DNA of 64,000 nt from Chiloscyllium plagiosum (GCF_004010195.1 NC_057753.1:8492985-8556984), one strand, 5' to 3'. Counted from the first letter of the stretch, positions 12,606 through 25,554 are shown. The notes: generated by a model from the sequence alone, not told the origin. A program made the numbers and translations.

Positions 12606-14049
12606 AACAGTTACAATTTGAATATGAAACCGAAACAGAAATTGCTGGAGAAATGTTTCTTGTGTATTGACACTTCTTCATAAGCATTAATTCTGTTTTC
12701 GCTTCATGGCTGCTGCCAGTTCTGCCGTGCATCTCCAGTTTTTCCTGTTTTCAATTAATTAAAGACTGATGAATTGAGGAAAATTATGCAGTTGTAGATG
12801 TAAAGGAGCACAAATATTTGCATGGGTGTCACATTCAAAATGCAGCCAACATTATTTTCAAAGATTACAACATTGGTGAATAAGCAATCAGGAATACCTA
12901 CGTGATAAGAGGAATAGGATTCTTCTACACAATGGTGCCTCCATCAATATGCTTGTCGAGGATGTGAAGCATGAGACGAGTATTCTGATTAAAACAGATT
13001 CTTTCGGAAAACTGAGCAGAGCTTTAAGTGACAGTCGGAGACGTGAAGGGTTAAAATGCATGATTTCCGTGGGAATTTATGTTAGCATTATAAGGCATGC
13101 ATTAGAGCTGGAATCCTTACAAGAATAAGCATGAATGGGATTCTAATTCTCAAGTCAGTAGTTGGAGCATTAATACTACTTATCACACGTGTAGTTTTCA
13201 TACAGAGAAGACAGTGCTGATGGGTTGGTGCCTCCTAAATACTCAGTATTGAGCGACTCCATGCAGGAGCATTGGTTGCCGCATCCTACTGGACAGTTAG
13301 GCTGCCATCCTCATAGAGGTCGCTGTGTGTCACAACAGAAAATGATGAGTGCACAGGAAACAATAAATAAAGCGAATTTCAAACTAAAATCAGAAAGGAA
13401 AAAGCAGAGGGTGTACTATACAAAGCTATCCAGAAACGAGAATAGAAAGAGGATCTTAACACGGAAGTTATGGAGTCAGAGTTATAAATATCTAATTGTC
13501 CCAGTGAGTGCATCGTCTAATGATTGAGTGAAAGTGACTATCTGTCATGCACAAATCATACTATTCTGACGCAGGCAAGTGGGACAAGTGTATTCTGAAA
13601 ACATGGTTGATGCGGACGTGTTTTGACCAGACAGTGTGTTCTTCTGCTGCATGACTCCATGACTTTCTGACTTATTGCACGTTCGATTGTCTGTATCAAA
13701 GATGCACTGTATCTCTTACTTGAGGAGAACGAATGGTTGTCCTGGAAAACATGTCATTTAATTGATCCAATGTTTTTCACCAGTTCGACTCACTCAAGTC
13801 CATGTATACTGCTACTGCTGAACATTTAAGACACCACCGTTGTAATGAAGCAGCTGTAATGGGCAGTGACATTTGCTGCCAATTGCAGCCAAAACATGAA
13901 GGGAATGCTGAGAATGGTCAACATCATCTCATGGCATTGTCAGAAAGGCCTGTACCCAATTAAAGCGACTAATGATACATTGCATAACGTGTATAATATT
14001 GGAATCTGTTTAGCCCATTACAGGTTATCTTATATCCATTTTTTTTTAT

Positions 14050-14945
14050 TTAAAGAAATAATCTTAGTGGATATTTCAGTCCATTTTTTAACTCCATTCT
14101 GAATTTGCTCTGGGTGCCAGCATAAATAAATGGGTTGATGCAGGAACTCAACAATTGAAGCATTAAACCAGTTTGCTGGAGAATAAACGTGGAATTGCTG
14201 ACATTGAAACCTGAAGAGTAAGTGACATTCCCAATTCGGACATAGAGCATGGTTACGAAAAATACCAAATATAGCAGGATGAAATTGACTGAGATGGCGA
14301 ATAGTAAAACAATTGACTTTTTTCGTTTTCTCATCTCTGGATCACTCTTATTCTCATCTCTGTTCTGGACCCGGACTCTCTTGCGCACTGTATTGGCAGC
14401 TACAATACCTCTAACCGTCAGAGCATTGAAAAGTAAAATCAGAACGAATGGAAGGGCGGGGTTTAACATGTACCGAATCCAGTCATACACAGTCCATGCA
14501 GATGACTGATAATATATTTCTTTAATGACGCAAAACCATGGTATGTTGTTAATTATATACCTGGGTTCAAATATAAAACATAAAAAGGCATTTTTTATGC
14601 AGACCAGTATGGTTATGATTCCTATAATCCATGCTGCCGTGCTCCGTTTACAATACCATATTTTTACTTTCTGTAAAGAAATAGCCACAAATCGATCAAA
14701 AGTAAAAGCGACCGTTAACCAGACAGAACTGTCAATTGCTGCATTGTTTAAAGCTGCTCGAACATTACAGACCGGTGTGATAGATAGGAAACTAGATGGG
14801 AAATAAATCCCAACAATCCGGTTTAATATTACAGCCGTGACAATAATCAGGAGATCTGTCACCGCCATGGATACGAGGTAATAACCGATACATCCAGACA
14901 GACCACATCTTCTTTGACTTAGGATGACAATTACTGCCAAATTCG
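14050..14945 (-). CDS. GPR139/GPR142-like class A GPCR, gene 1, exon 2 (TM1 C-terminal half to C-terminus)
   Basis: Open frame with 7TM motifs: ANLAVIVIL (TM1 Asn), LVSMAVTDL (TM2), C3.25, AFTFDRFVAI (DRY-like), ECL2 WFC, TM5 Pro, INPFIY (NPxxY) and helix-8 KFR. Preceded by a polypyrimidine tract and acceptor ctctctctttctctcgcag|CG (phase 1). Stop TAA at 14052-14050. Confidence 0.93.
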
Positions 14946-15299
14946 CTGCGAGAGAAAGAGAGAGACTCAGTTGGTGGCAGAGGACATAGGAAAAGAGAGA
15001 AAACAACAACAATGTTCATTACTGATTTGTTTTGCTTTAGAATCCGCAAGTTTATGCCTGAAGTTTACAGTCTTGCAATGTGATCTTCAGGTGAAAATTG
15101 TTACTTCTATGCAGAAAATTATTCAATGGTTTTAACATTATCCATTGAAATGCAGTGTCATAACATAATGGAATGATGCAAAGAGATGTCAAGGAGGGCA
15201 TAATAGAAAGAAAGAAGAAGCAAAGCCCTTAGAATTCCAGGGCAGAACATCCAACAACAGAAAACAAAAACACAAACAAATAATAACTTCAAGAATTTC

Positions 15300-16640
15300 A
15301 GTCATGGAGCCAATAGAGCTGTACAGCACGCCAATTGTCCATGCCGACCAGATGTCTTAAATTAATATCATTATATTTGTCAGCATTTGGTCCGTGCCCC
15401 TCTGAACCCTTCCTATTTATATACCCATCCTGATGCTTTTCCAGTGCTGCTCTTGCACCAGCTTAAGAGGTTGCCCCTTAAGACCCTTTCAAAGCTTTCT
15501 CACCTTAAACGTTCATACTCTAGATTTGGACTCCCTATCCAAGAAAAAGAAATACGTTGGCTGTTCAACCTATCCTTGCTCTTTATGCTTTTATAAACCT
15601 CAAGAAATGACATCATGCAGCTTTTAATACTGCAGGGAAAAATAAACACAACCTATTAAGCCTCTTCGTATAATTCAAACCGTCCAATTCTGAGAACAGT
15701 CTTGCCGATATTTTCTGCATCCTTTCAAGTTTAACAATATAATTCCTGTTGCAGGGTATACAAAATTGAATGCAGTATACCAAAAGTGGGCGAAACAATG
15801 TACTGTACAACTGCAACTGGACGTCTGGACACCTAAATACAATGCTCTGACCAATAAAACATACGAAGTGACTTCTTCACCACTTGTCAAGCTGTAGATC
15901 CACCTTCAGGGAACCATGAATCTGCATCACAAGATATCTTTGCTTGGCAAGACTACATACAGTTATATAATTCACTGAAAAAGTCCTGCCATGATTTGCC
16001 TGAACAAAATGATACACTGCACACTAATCGAAACCTGCCCCATCTTCCACTCTTCTGCCCATTGGTCCTTCAGACCAGGACCCTGTTGTAAACTGAGATA
16101 ACTTCCTTCACTGTCCATGACACCATCAATTTTGATGTCATCTGCAAACTGTGTAACCTTTTCTCCAATATTCACATCCAGGTCACTTTTATAAACGATA
16201 CAAATCACTGGACCAAACACCAATCCTTGCAGCACACCGTTGGCCATAGGCCGCAAGTCTGAAGAGCAACCCTCCCCCACTATTCTATGTCTCCTACCTT
16301 CAAGCCAATTTTCTATCCAAATGGCCAGCTCTCCCTGCATTCCAAATTATATAACTTTCTAACCAGTATAGCATCCAGAATTTTGTCATACGTCATAATG
16401 AGGTTTATACAGACAGCTTGCACCGCCATGCCCCAATCAGTGTTGTTAGTCATTTTCTCCAAAACTTGCTTGTGAGACACGATTTCTAAGGCACCAATGT
16501 TGAATATCCCTAATTGGGACTGGCTTTGCTGAATACATCCAAATCCTGTTCCCTCAGCATTCCCTCCAGAAACGTACCCACCACTGGCGTCAAGCTCACT
16601 AGCCTATAGTTCCCTGGCGCATGTGTTGCACCTATCTTAA
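15300..16640 (-). mobile_element. CR1 LINE fragment in GPCR gene 1 intron
   Basis: GELAIWIENWLEGRR, GVLQGLV, QFADD, QLYSTLFRPLLVYCIQF. Confidence 0.8.
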
Positions 16641-17509
16641 ATGCAAGCAAACATAAAACGAATCAAATAAAGTAACATACTAAATTGAACGGAGATGAAG
16701 TCTCACAGAAATCCAAAGTGGTTCATTTCACTTAAATTGCAAAATTCTTCAGTCTTGGAAAAATCTGAAAATAGTCTTCAAAACTGTCCTCAAGCAGAAT
16801 TATTTGGCTTGATAATTAACCACCATGACATTTGCAGAGGACTTTTTTTAGGTGGAATTCAGTGATAAGTTTGTTTTTATAACGAACAATAATTTGGAAT
16901 CTTCATGCAATCATCCCCGGAAAGTTGCAGATTAGGACGTTTTAATAGACAAAAAGAGCTTCCTAAAACATAATACTTCTTTTGTGCTGCAGAGCGGATT
17001 CTGGATAAATGACCAAATGTAATATAATCTGCACAATTTATAAAATGAACTGGTGAATTAAATGAGAACTGTAATTAAGAATTTGGGATTCAATCAATGT
17101 GAAGGTGTGAATAATGAAGGAAACAGCTCCAGCATTGCAGATGCCACTTGTAGAAATCCCACAACACCAGTAAACAACTTAGATTGTCTACTATTATAAT
17201 GGGTGTGTGGGCAAGCTCACATTCTTGTCTTCCATGGAGGACCTGGTATAAATATCAGCAAATTAAGTGTTACCACAATATGAATAATAAGTTCATCACA
17301 AAAACTATAATTTGAGTACCTGACACAATGATGATAAGAGTGCGGCAGAATACTGACCGATTGTGTCACTACAAAGCTGACCATTGGCATAAATGTTCCA
17401 TGAAAAAAAATCCTTGAAGTGGCCTTGCAGCCTGATATCACTAATCCCCATAAATCACTGACCGATTTTCAATTTTCCGTTTGATGTCTACCTCTCTTTG
17501 CTTTCTAAG

Positions 17510-19570
17510 TATTCAACTGAGAAATAAGAAAGGGATGATAACCTTATTGGGATTGTATTATACACCCCCTAATAGTCAGAGGGAAATTGCGAAACAAACT
17601 TGTAAGGAGATCTCAGCTATCTGTAAAAATAATAAGGTCGTTATGGTAGGGGATTTTAACTTTCCAAACATAGACTGGGACTGCCATAGTGTTACAGGTT
17701 TAGATGGAGAGGAATTTGTTAAGTGTGGACAAGACAATTTTCTGATTCAGTATGTGGATGTACCGACTAGAGAAGGTACAAAACTTGACCTACTCTTGGG
17801 AAATAAAACAGGGAAGGTGACTGAGTTGTCAGTGAGGGAGCACTTTGGGGCCAGCAAACATAATTCTATTAGACTTGAAATAGTGATGGAAATGGATGGA
17901 CCGGATCTAAAATTTGAAGTTCTAAATTGGAGAAATTAGACGGCATAAGGCAAGAACTTTCGACAATTGATTGGGGGAAGTAACAAAGAGGATTGATGAG
18001 GGCAGAGCAGTAGATGTGATGTATATGGACTTCAATAAGGCATTCGAAAAGGTTACCCATCGGAGGCTGAATAGCAAGGTTAGATCTCATGGAATTTCGG
18101 GAGAACTAGCCATTTGGATACAGAACAGGCTCAAAGGTAGAAGACAGAGAGTGGTGGGGGAGGGTTATTTTTCAGACTGGAGGACTGTGACCAGTGGAGT
18201 GCCATTTGTGTCATTTACATAAATGATTTGGATACGACCATAAAAGGTACAGTTAGTAATTTTGCAGATGACACCAACATTGGAGGTGTAGTGGACAGCG
18301 AAGCGGATTATCTCAGATTACAACAGGATCTTGAACAGATGGGCCAATGGGCTGAGAAGTGGCAGATGGAGTTTAAATCAGATAAATGTGAGGTGCTTCA
18401 TTTGGGAAAGCAAATCTTAGCAGTACTTATACACTTAATGGTAAGGTCCTAGGGAGTGTTGCTGAACAAAGAGACCTTGGAGTGCAGGTTAACAGCTCCT
18501 TGAAAGTGGAGTCGCAGGTCGATAGGATAGTGAAGAAGGTGTTTCGTATGCTTTCTTTTATTGGTCAGAGTATTGAGTACACGAGTTGGGAGGTCATGTT
18601 GCAGCTGTACAGGACATTGGTTAGGCCACTGTTGGGATTTTGCGTGCAATTCTGGTCTCCTTCCTATCAGAAAGGTGATGTGAAACTTGAAAGGGTTCAG
18701 AAAAGATTTACAAGGATGTTGCCATGGTTGGAGGATTTGAGCTATAGGAAGAGGTTGAATAGGCTGGGGCTGCTTTCCTTGATCGTCGGAGGCTGAGGGG
18801 TGACCTTATAGAGTTTTACAAAATTATGAGGGGCATAGGCAGAGTAAATAGGCAAAGTCTTTTCCCCGGAGTCGGGGAGTCCAGAGCTAGATGGCATAGG
18901 TTTAGGGTGACAGAGGTAAGATATAAAAGAGACCTAAGGGGCAACGTTTTATCACAGAGGGTGGTACGTGTATGGAATGAGCTGCCAGATGGTAAGTTCC
19001 TAGGGAGTGTTGCTGAACAAAGAGACCTTGGAGTGCAGGTTAACAGCTCCTTGAAAGTGGAGTCGCAGGTCGATAGAATAGTGAAGAAGGTGTTTCGTCT
19101 GCTTTCTTTTATTGGTCAGAGTATTGAGTACACGAGTTGTGAGGTCATGTTGCAGCTGTACAGGACATTGGTTAGGCCACTGTTGGGATATTGCGTGCAA
19201 TTCTGGTCTCCTTCCTATCAGAAAGGTGATGTGAAACTTGAAAGGGTTCAGAAAAGATTTACAAGGATGTTGCCATGGTTGCAGGATTTGAGCTATAGGA
19301 AGAGGTTGAACAGGCTGGGGCTGCTTTCCTTGAGCGTCGGAGGCTGAGGGGTGACCTTATAGAGTTTTACAAAATTATGAGGGGCATGGGCAGAGTAAAT
19401 AGGCAAAGTCTTTTCCCCGGAGTCGGGGAGTCCAGAGCTAGATGGCATAGGTTTAGGGTGACAGAGGTAAGATATAAAAGAGACCTAAGGGGCAACGTTT
19501 TATCACAGAGGGTGGTACGTGTATGGAATGAGCTGCCAGAGGACGTGGTGGAGCCTGGTACAATTGCAAC
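17510..19570 (+). mobile_element. CR1 LINE (EN fragment fused to RT 3' part; internal deletion and internal tandem duplication)
   Basis: EN: GLYYTPPNS, VMVGDFNFPNIDW, LDLLLGN. RT: VDVMYMDFNKAFEKV, NFADDT, RPLLGYCVQFWSP. The EN-RT linker is missing at ~17965. Confidence 0.88.
18438..19539 (+). repeat. 551-bp direct tandem duplication (2 copies, about 98% identical) inside CR1
   Basis: Units 18438-18988 and 18989-19539. ORF pairs 18449/19000 and 18826/19377 are offset by exactly 551. About 9 substitutions seen. Confidence 0.9.
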
Positions 19571-20029
19571 AAGATTCTTGTAGGTGCTGATATCCATTCA
19601 TATCTTGAATTCCAAGATATGACCAAATTATTCATTAATACATTATACTAAATCATTCTCTTACTTCTGAAAAATATTAACTTGCTTTCTCATTGAAAAC
19701 CAAAATAGAAAACGCTTTCAGCGCGATGGTGCACTCCAGGTGATAGTGTTTACAAATAAAGAACCTGTAAAAGGCATGAGATAACTTCTGTCACGACAAA
19801 CATTCTAAACGTGACGGGAATAATTTGCTATTATGATGTGAAAGTACTGTATTAGAAGCTGTTAACTAACCAAAACAGCTAATAGTGAGTCGTTAAACAA
19901 GACCAAAAAATTGTGAATGCGTAAAGTAAGTTAAGTATTCATATATCAAATGAATACTAGTAATGAAGAAAATATGTGAAGGTAGAGACAGGTATAATTT
20001 GACAGGTGGTGGCAAAGAAATTGAGCAAT

Positions 20030-22940
20030 AATTCGAACATAGATCATTACAGCGCAGTACAGGCCCCTTGGTCCTCGCTGTTGTGTTGACCTTTGAAATC
20101 AATCTGAAGCCTATCGATCATACACTATTCCATTTTCGTCTACATGTTTATCCAATGACCATTTAAATGCCCTTAAAGTTCGCGAGTCTATTGCAGTTGC
20201 AGGCAGGGCGTTCTACTCCCCTACTTCTCTCATTGTAAAGAAAGAACGTTTGACATTTGTCGTAAATCTTTCTCCCCTCAATTTAAAGTCGTGTGCCCTC
20301 GTGTGAGCCATCAACATCCGAGAGAAAAAGGCTCTCACTGTCCACCCAACCTTATCCTCTGATTGTCCTTTATGTCGCAATTAAGTCAACTTTCAACTTT
20401 CTTTATAACGAAAACAGTCTCAAGTTCCTCATAAGATTTTAATTCCATATCAAGCAACATCCTAGTAAATCTCCTCTGAACTCTTCCAAAGCTTCCAAAT
20501 CCTTCCTTTAACGTGGTGACCAGAACTGTACGCAACATTCCATGTGTGGCCGCACCTGAGTTTTGTACAGCTGCAACGTGTCCTCATTGCTCCGAAACTC
20601 AATCCTTTAGCAATAAAAGCGAATGCATCCTGTGCCGTCTTAAAAAACCCTAACAATCTGGGTGGCAACTTTCAAGGATATATGTACATGGACATGGAGA
20701 TCTCTCTACACTGCCAAGAATCTTACCATTAGCCCAGTACACCTTACTCCTCTTGCTCCTTCCAAAGTGAATCAAATCGCATTTTTCAGCATTGATCTAC
20801 ATTAGCCACCTCTTCGCCCAGCTCTGCAGCTTCTCTAGTTCCCTCAGTAACAAAACATTCTTCAGAACTGCCACAACTCCACTGGCCTTAGTGCCATTCG
20901 CACATTTACTAACCCGTCTGACACGCCCTTATCCAAGTCAATTATAAAAATGATAAACAGCAGCAACCCCAAAACAAATTCTTGTGGTATACGACCAGTA
21001 ACTGAACTCCAGGATGAATATGTCCCATCAACCATCACCCTCTGTCTTCTCACAGCGATCCAATTTCGGAACCAAACTACTAAATCCCCCTAGTACTTTC
21101 TGCATTAGCCGACCTTGAGGAACCTTATCAATCGTTTTATTGCAATCCATATACACCACATCAACTGCTATACCCTAATCCACCTGTCCGGTCACCTTCT
21201 CAAAGAACTAAATAAGGTATGTGAGGCACTAACTGCCCTTTATGAAGCCGAGTCGACTATTCATAATCAACTTATTCCTCTCGAGATGATTATAATTACT
21301 ATTCTTCTCATTTTTTCCAACACTTTACCCACAACCGAAGTAAGGCTCACTGATTTATAATTACCAGGGTTTTCTCGACTCCCCTTCTTGAACAAGGGGA
21401 CAAGATTTGCTACCTTTCAGTTTTCTGGCACTGTTCTTGTAGACAATAATGATGTAATGATCAAAGACAAAGTGTCTGCAGTCACCCCTTGGCTTCCCAG
21501 AGAACCCTAGGATAAATCCTGTCCGGCTCAGAGTCTTACCTATTGTCAGACTTTCCAAACTTGCTAACACCTCCTCCTTGTGAACCTTAATCCTGTCTAA
21601 TCTATTAACCGTAATCTCAATATTCTCGTCGACAACATCATGCTTTTCCAATGTTAAAGCTAGTGGAAAATATTCCTTTAGTGCGTCTCCTCTCTCCTCG
21701 GACTCTACGCACAACTTCTCACTACTGTTCTTCAATGGACCAAATCTTATTCATGTCATTTTTTTTCCTGATATACCTATAGAAAGCTTTAGGGTTTTCC
21801 TTGACTCTATCTGCCAACAGCTGCTCATGTTCCCTCTCGGCTCTTCTTAAATCTCACTTTAAGTCTTTCCTGGCTAACTTGTAGCTCTGAAGTGCCTAAC
21901 TGGGCCTTCACATCTCATCCTTACATACCCTTTTTTTTCCGGCTCGACAAGAAATTTAATTTCTTTATTAAACCACGGCTTCCTCACTCGACCACTTCAT
22001 CCCTGCCTGACAGGTCCATCCTTCCCAAGGACACACGGTCGGTGTTCCCTGAATGTGCTACACATTTCAATTGTACCCATCCCATGCAGTTTCTTCCCCA
22101 TCCTATGGATCCTAAATCTTGCCTAATCGCATCATACTTGCCTTTTCCCCAGCGATAACTCTTTCCATGCGGCATCTAACTACCCCTTTCCATCGCTAAA
22201 GTAAACAGAATCGAAACATATTCTCTATCACCAAGGTGCTCACCTACATTCAAATCTAACACCTGGTCGAGTTCATTACCCCGTCCAAATCGACTGTAGC
22301 CTCGCCTTTGTTGACTAGTCTGCATATTGTGTCAGGAAACCATCCTGCGCACATTTGACAAATGCTGACCCATCTAACGTGCCCGAACAATAGCATTTTC
22401 AGTCAATATTTGTAAAGTTAAAGACCCCTTCAGAAGTATCCTGTACCTCTCGCTCTGTTCCAGAATCATCTTTGCAATCCTTTCCTCTACATTGTTGGAA
22501 CTTTTCGGATGCCTATAGAAACCTCCAACAGGGTGACCTTTCCATTCCTTTTTCTAATCTCAGCCCATATTATCTCAGTAGACGAGTTCTCAATTGCCCT
22601 TTCTGACACCGTGAAACAGTCCTTGGCGAACAATGCCAACCCTCCTCATCTTTTACCATTTTCATTCTTACATGTAAATCCCAAATCCTGCAACAACCAG
22701 TCCTGTCTCTGCTCTATCAATGTTTCCTAAATAGGCACAACATCCAAGTCCCAGGTACCAAACCATGCTGAAAGTTCATCCGATTATTCCAGATGCTCCT
22801 GGCGTTGAAGTAGACACACCTTCCGGCTTGCCAGTGCACGCTTGCGACCTTGAAACCTTCTGTTTGACCTCAGTACGCTCAACCTTTTGGACACTGGAAC
22901 TACAATTTAGGTTCCCATTCCCCTGCTGAATTCGTTTTAG
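20030..22940 (-). mobile_element. CR1 LINE, long decayed copy (EN to 3' tail) in GPCR gene 1 intron
   Basis: RRQRVMVDG..SSW.SVT, EN-region remnants near 22300-22750, and a CR1 tail (gaacatagatcattacagcgc) at ~20035. Confidence 0.8.
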
Positions 22941-22971
22941 AAATGGAAGTGGACAAAATATAATACGGTGC

Positions 22972-22997
<26 letters not shown>
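22972..22997. repeat. (TA)n microsatellite just inside intron 1 of GPCR gene 1
   Basis: Direct reading. Confidence 0.9.
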
Positions 22998-23005
<8 letters not shown>

Positions 23006-23075
23006 TAAACTACAGATAAAATATCAGCACTGGTAGAATTGACCATTGACTCGCAGCTGTTAACTAACTGCTTAC

Positions 23076-23145
23076 CTGGAAGCCCGATAGCTGCAAGGAC
23101 AGGATAATAAATGGCAAACAGCAGACCGTTTGGTACCCCATGCAT
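23076..23145 (-). CDS. GPR139-like GPCR gene 1, exon 1 (MHGVPNGLLFAIYYPVLAAIGLP+G)
   Basis: ATG at 23145, 70 nt, ends CCAG|GTAAGC (strong donor). Phase 1 matches the acceptor at 14946/14945, giving ...GLP-A-NLAV..., like GPR139 VYY..LCLGLPAN. Spliced CDS is 966 nt = 321 aa + stop. Confidence 0.88.
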
Positions 23146-24047
23146 TTTTAACAAACATTCGAAATAAATTTCACAATTTCCTAAAAAAACATCCACATAT
23201 TAATCTGATGGCAGCCTCCAGGGAGACAATTCTCTGCTTGATCATTCCTTTTTATTTAATTTACTGTAATTAGCGGATTGCTTATGCTCCACTGAATTTG
23301 ATGCTTCCATGGAATAGTATACTTTTCAAAGAATCGAATAAGGCTTTAAAATGTTATACCCTGATTCTTTAGATGTTGGTGTCTGGACAAAACTGAGGTG
23401 CTCGCAAGTGAATGCACTATAAAAAAAATCTGACTTTTGCAAAGAGCAGGACGTCAATCTGTCTGTCGTGTTCATTCTTTCCTTTCTGAACAAACGTGTT
23501 ACTTAGCTCTCTGAGACAGTACATGCGGTATAACGCAACCATGTATAGTTTCATTCAGGACATATCCCAGAAAGGTCAGACACAGCTGCACACACTTACT
23601 CATATCATTCCCTTTATTTTCATTGTGGTCAGATCAAGTAACTCATCAACACCACGAAATAAAATACAAAAATAAACACAAGATCTATCTGGCCAGGTTT
23701 CTGCCTTGGATATGACTTCTTCGCTGTTATCATCAGCTGGGATCAGAGCATTGGTTTACAATTCTCGCAAAGTCTGCATGGTGGCAAATGTCAAATAAAG
23801 TTAATATTAGATGTAGAGTTCTCGATTTACACGAATAACCGTGTTGCCTTTAAACTTATCATCACTAATCATCTGAAGTTCAATCTCACTTCCCAGCGAG
23901 ATCAGTTCGGCATTTGAGAATTTGCAATCACCGTGAGATTGTCAGAGGTTTCACAGTAAAGGCAATTTTAAACACGAGGTTTCTGATCATTACATCTTCT
24001 AGTTTTCCCACTCTGGAAATGGTTCACATCAGATTAAATCCTGTAGG

Positions 24048-24365
24048 TGGGCGGCACGGTGGCACAGTGGTCAGCACTGCTGCCTCACAGCGCCAGAGAC
24101 CCGGGTTCAATTCCCGCCTCAGGCGACTGACTGTGTGGAGTTTGCACGTTCTCCCCGTGTCTGCGTGGGTTTCCTTCGGGTGCTCCGGTTTCCTCCCACG
24201 GTCCAAAGATGTGCAGGTCGGGTGAATTGGCCATGCTAAATTGCCCATCGTGTTAGATAAGGGGTAAATGTAGGGGTATGGGTGGGTTACGCTTCGGCGG
24301 GTCGGTGTGGACTTGTTGGACCGAAGGGCCTGTTTCCACGCTGTAATGTAATGCAATGTAAATGT
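24048..24365 (+). mobile_element. HE1-type tRNA-derived SINE
   Basis: A box TGGCACAGTGG, B box GGTTCAATTCC, central GTGTGGAGTTTGCACGTTCTCCCCGTG, CR1-like 3' end and a (TGTAA)n tail. Confidence 0.88.
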
Positions 24366-24439
24366 AAGACACAGCTCTGATGTAGCTGGAATTTCTTTTT
24401 TCTGCAGGTAGCACGTTTCCAATCTTACAATTGGAATGT

Positions 24440-25255
24440 TAGGGGACTTGGATAAGCTACAGAATTGGGCTGAGAGGTGGCAAATGGAGTTCATGCAGAT
24501 AAATGTGAGGTGATTCACTTTGCGAAGAATAACAGGAAGGCAGAATACTAGGTCAATGAAAAGATCCTTAGTAGTGTGGATGTGCAGAGGGATCTTGGTT
24601 TCTATGTACATATATCCCTGAAAGTTGCCACCCAGATTGATAGGATTGTTAAGACAGCATGTAGTGTCTTTGCTTTTATTGTTAGAGGGATTGAGCTTCT
24701 GAGCAATGAGGTTATGTCACAGATGTACAAAACTCAGGTGCGGTCACACATGGAATATTGTGTACAGTTCTGGTCACCGCGTTATAGGAAGGATGTGGAA
24801 GCTTTGGAAGAGTTCAGAGGATGTTGCTTGATATGGAGGAAAGGTCTTATCAGGAAAGGCTGGGGGACATGGGTCTGTTCTCATTCGAGAGAGGAAGGCT
24901 AAGAGAGGATTTAATAGAGATATACAAGATGATCAGGGGATTAAATAGGGTGGAACTGAGAGGTTTTTTTCTTAGGAAGATGATGTTGGCTTGTACGAGG
25001 GGGCATACGTGCAAATTGAGGGGTGATAGATTTACGATGTCAGAGGAAAATTCTTTACTCAGAGCGTGGAATGCCCAGCCTGCCAATATAATTAACTCAG
25101 CCACATTAGGGGCATTTTGACAGTCGTTAGATAAGTATATGTATGATGATGGGATAGCGAAGGGGGATGGGCTTAAATTAATTCGCAGATCGGTGTAACA
25201 TCGAGGGCCGAATGGCCTGCTCTGAACTGCATTTTTCTATGTTCTGTATTCTATG
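24440..25255 (+). mobile_element. CR1 LINE 3' fragment
   Basis: SLKVATQIDRIVK, MEYCVQFWSP, RLREDLIEIYKMIRG and a ttctatgttct tail. Confidence 0.82.
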
Positions 25256-25554
25256 CTGCTTGCTAAGGCACCGATGGCAGTGGATTACACACTTGTTTTT
25301 GTCAACAAAAGGCTGATGGCTGACTACCTGGCCTTCACACGTGTGACAAAGTGACTGGAAAATTAAGACAATTGGCAGTCGACCGTTTGTTGATTCTTTC
25401 ATTAAACGTTTCAAAAGGTGGATCGGGAATCTTTGGCTCCCTTCAAGATATACGGTGACTTTTGAAAAGTGTTTTATAATGACTTGTATTTTACCTCAAA
25501 TGTTCGTGAAAATTAAATGAGATTTCGTCTGATTGAGAGAGATCGAGTATCGAA

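Noticed and set aside
14249..14806. Plus-strand ORFs overlapping the GPCR exons (also 61626-62098)
   Set aside because: Antisense shadows of the coding strand.
14946..15012. N-terminal extension MLLFSLFSYVLCHQLSLSLSLA of the 320-aa ORF (and MYFTLAFFSIA at 62293-62326)
   Set aside because: Non-ATG starts reading through the intronic polypyrimidine tract; a proper upstream exon and acceptor exist.
24048..24125. tRNA genes
   Set aside because: The A/B boxes belong to HE1 SINE heads that continue into the SINE core and CR1-like tail; no cloverleaf.
24024..24611. 195-aa ORF and other SINE- or CR1-antisense ORFs (e.g. 11443-11901, 53142-53552)
   Set aside because: Chance open frames across repeats; they recur wherever the same repeat occurs.
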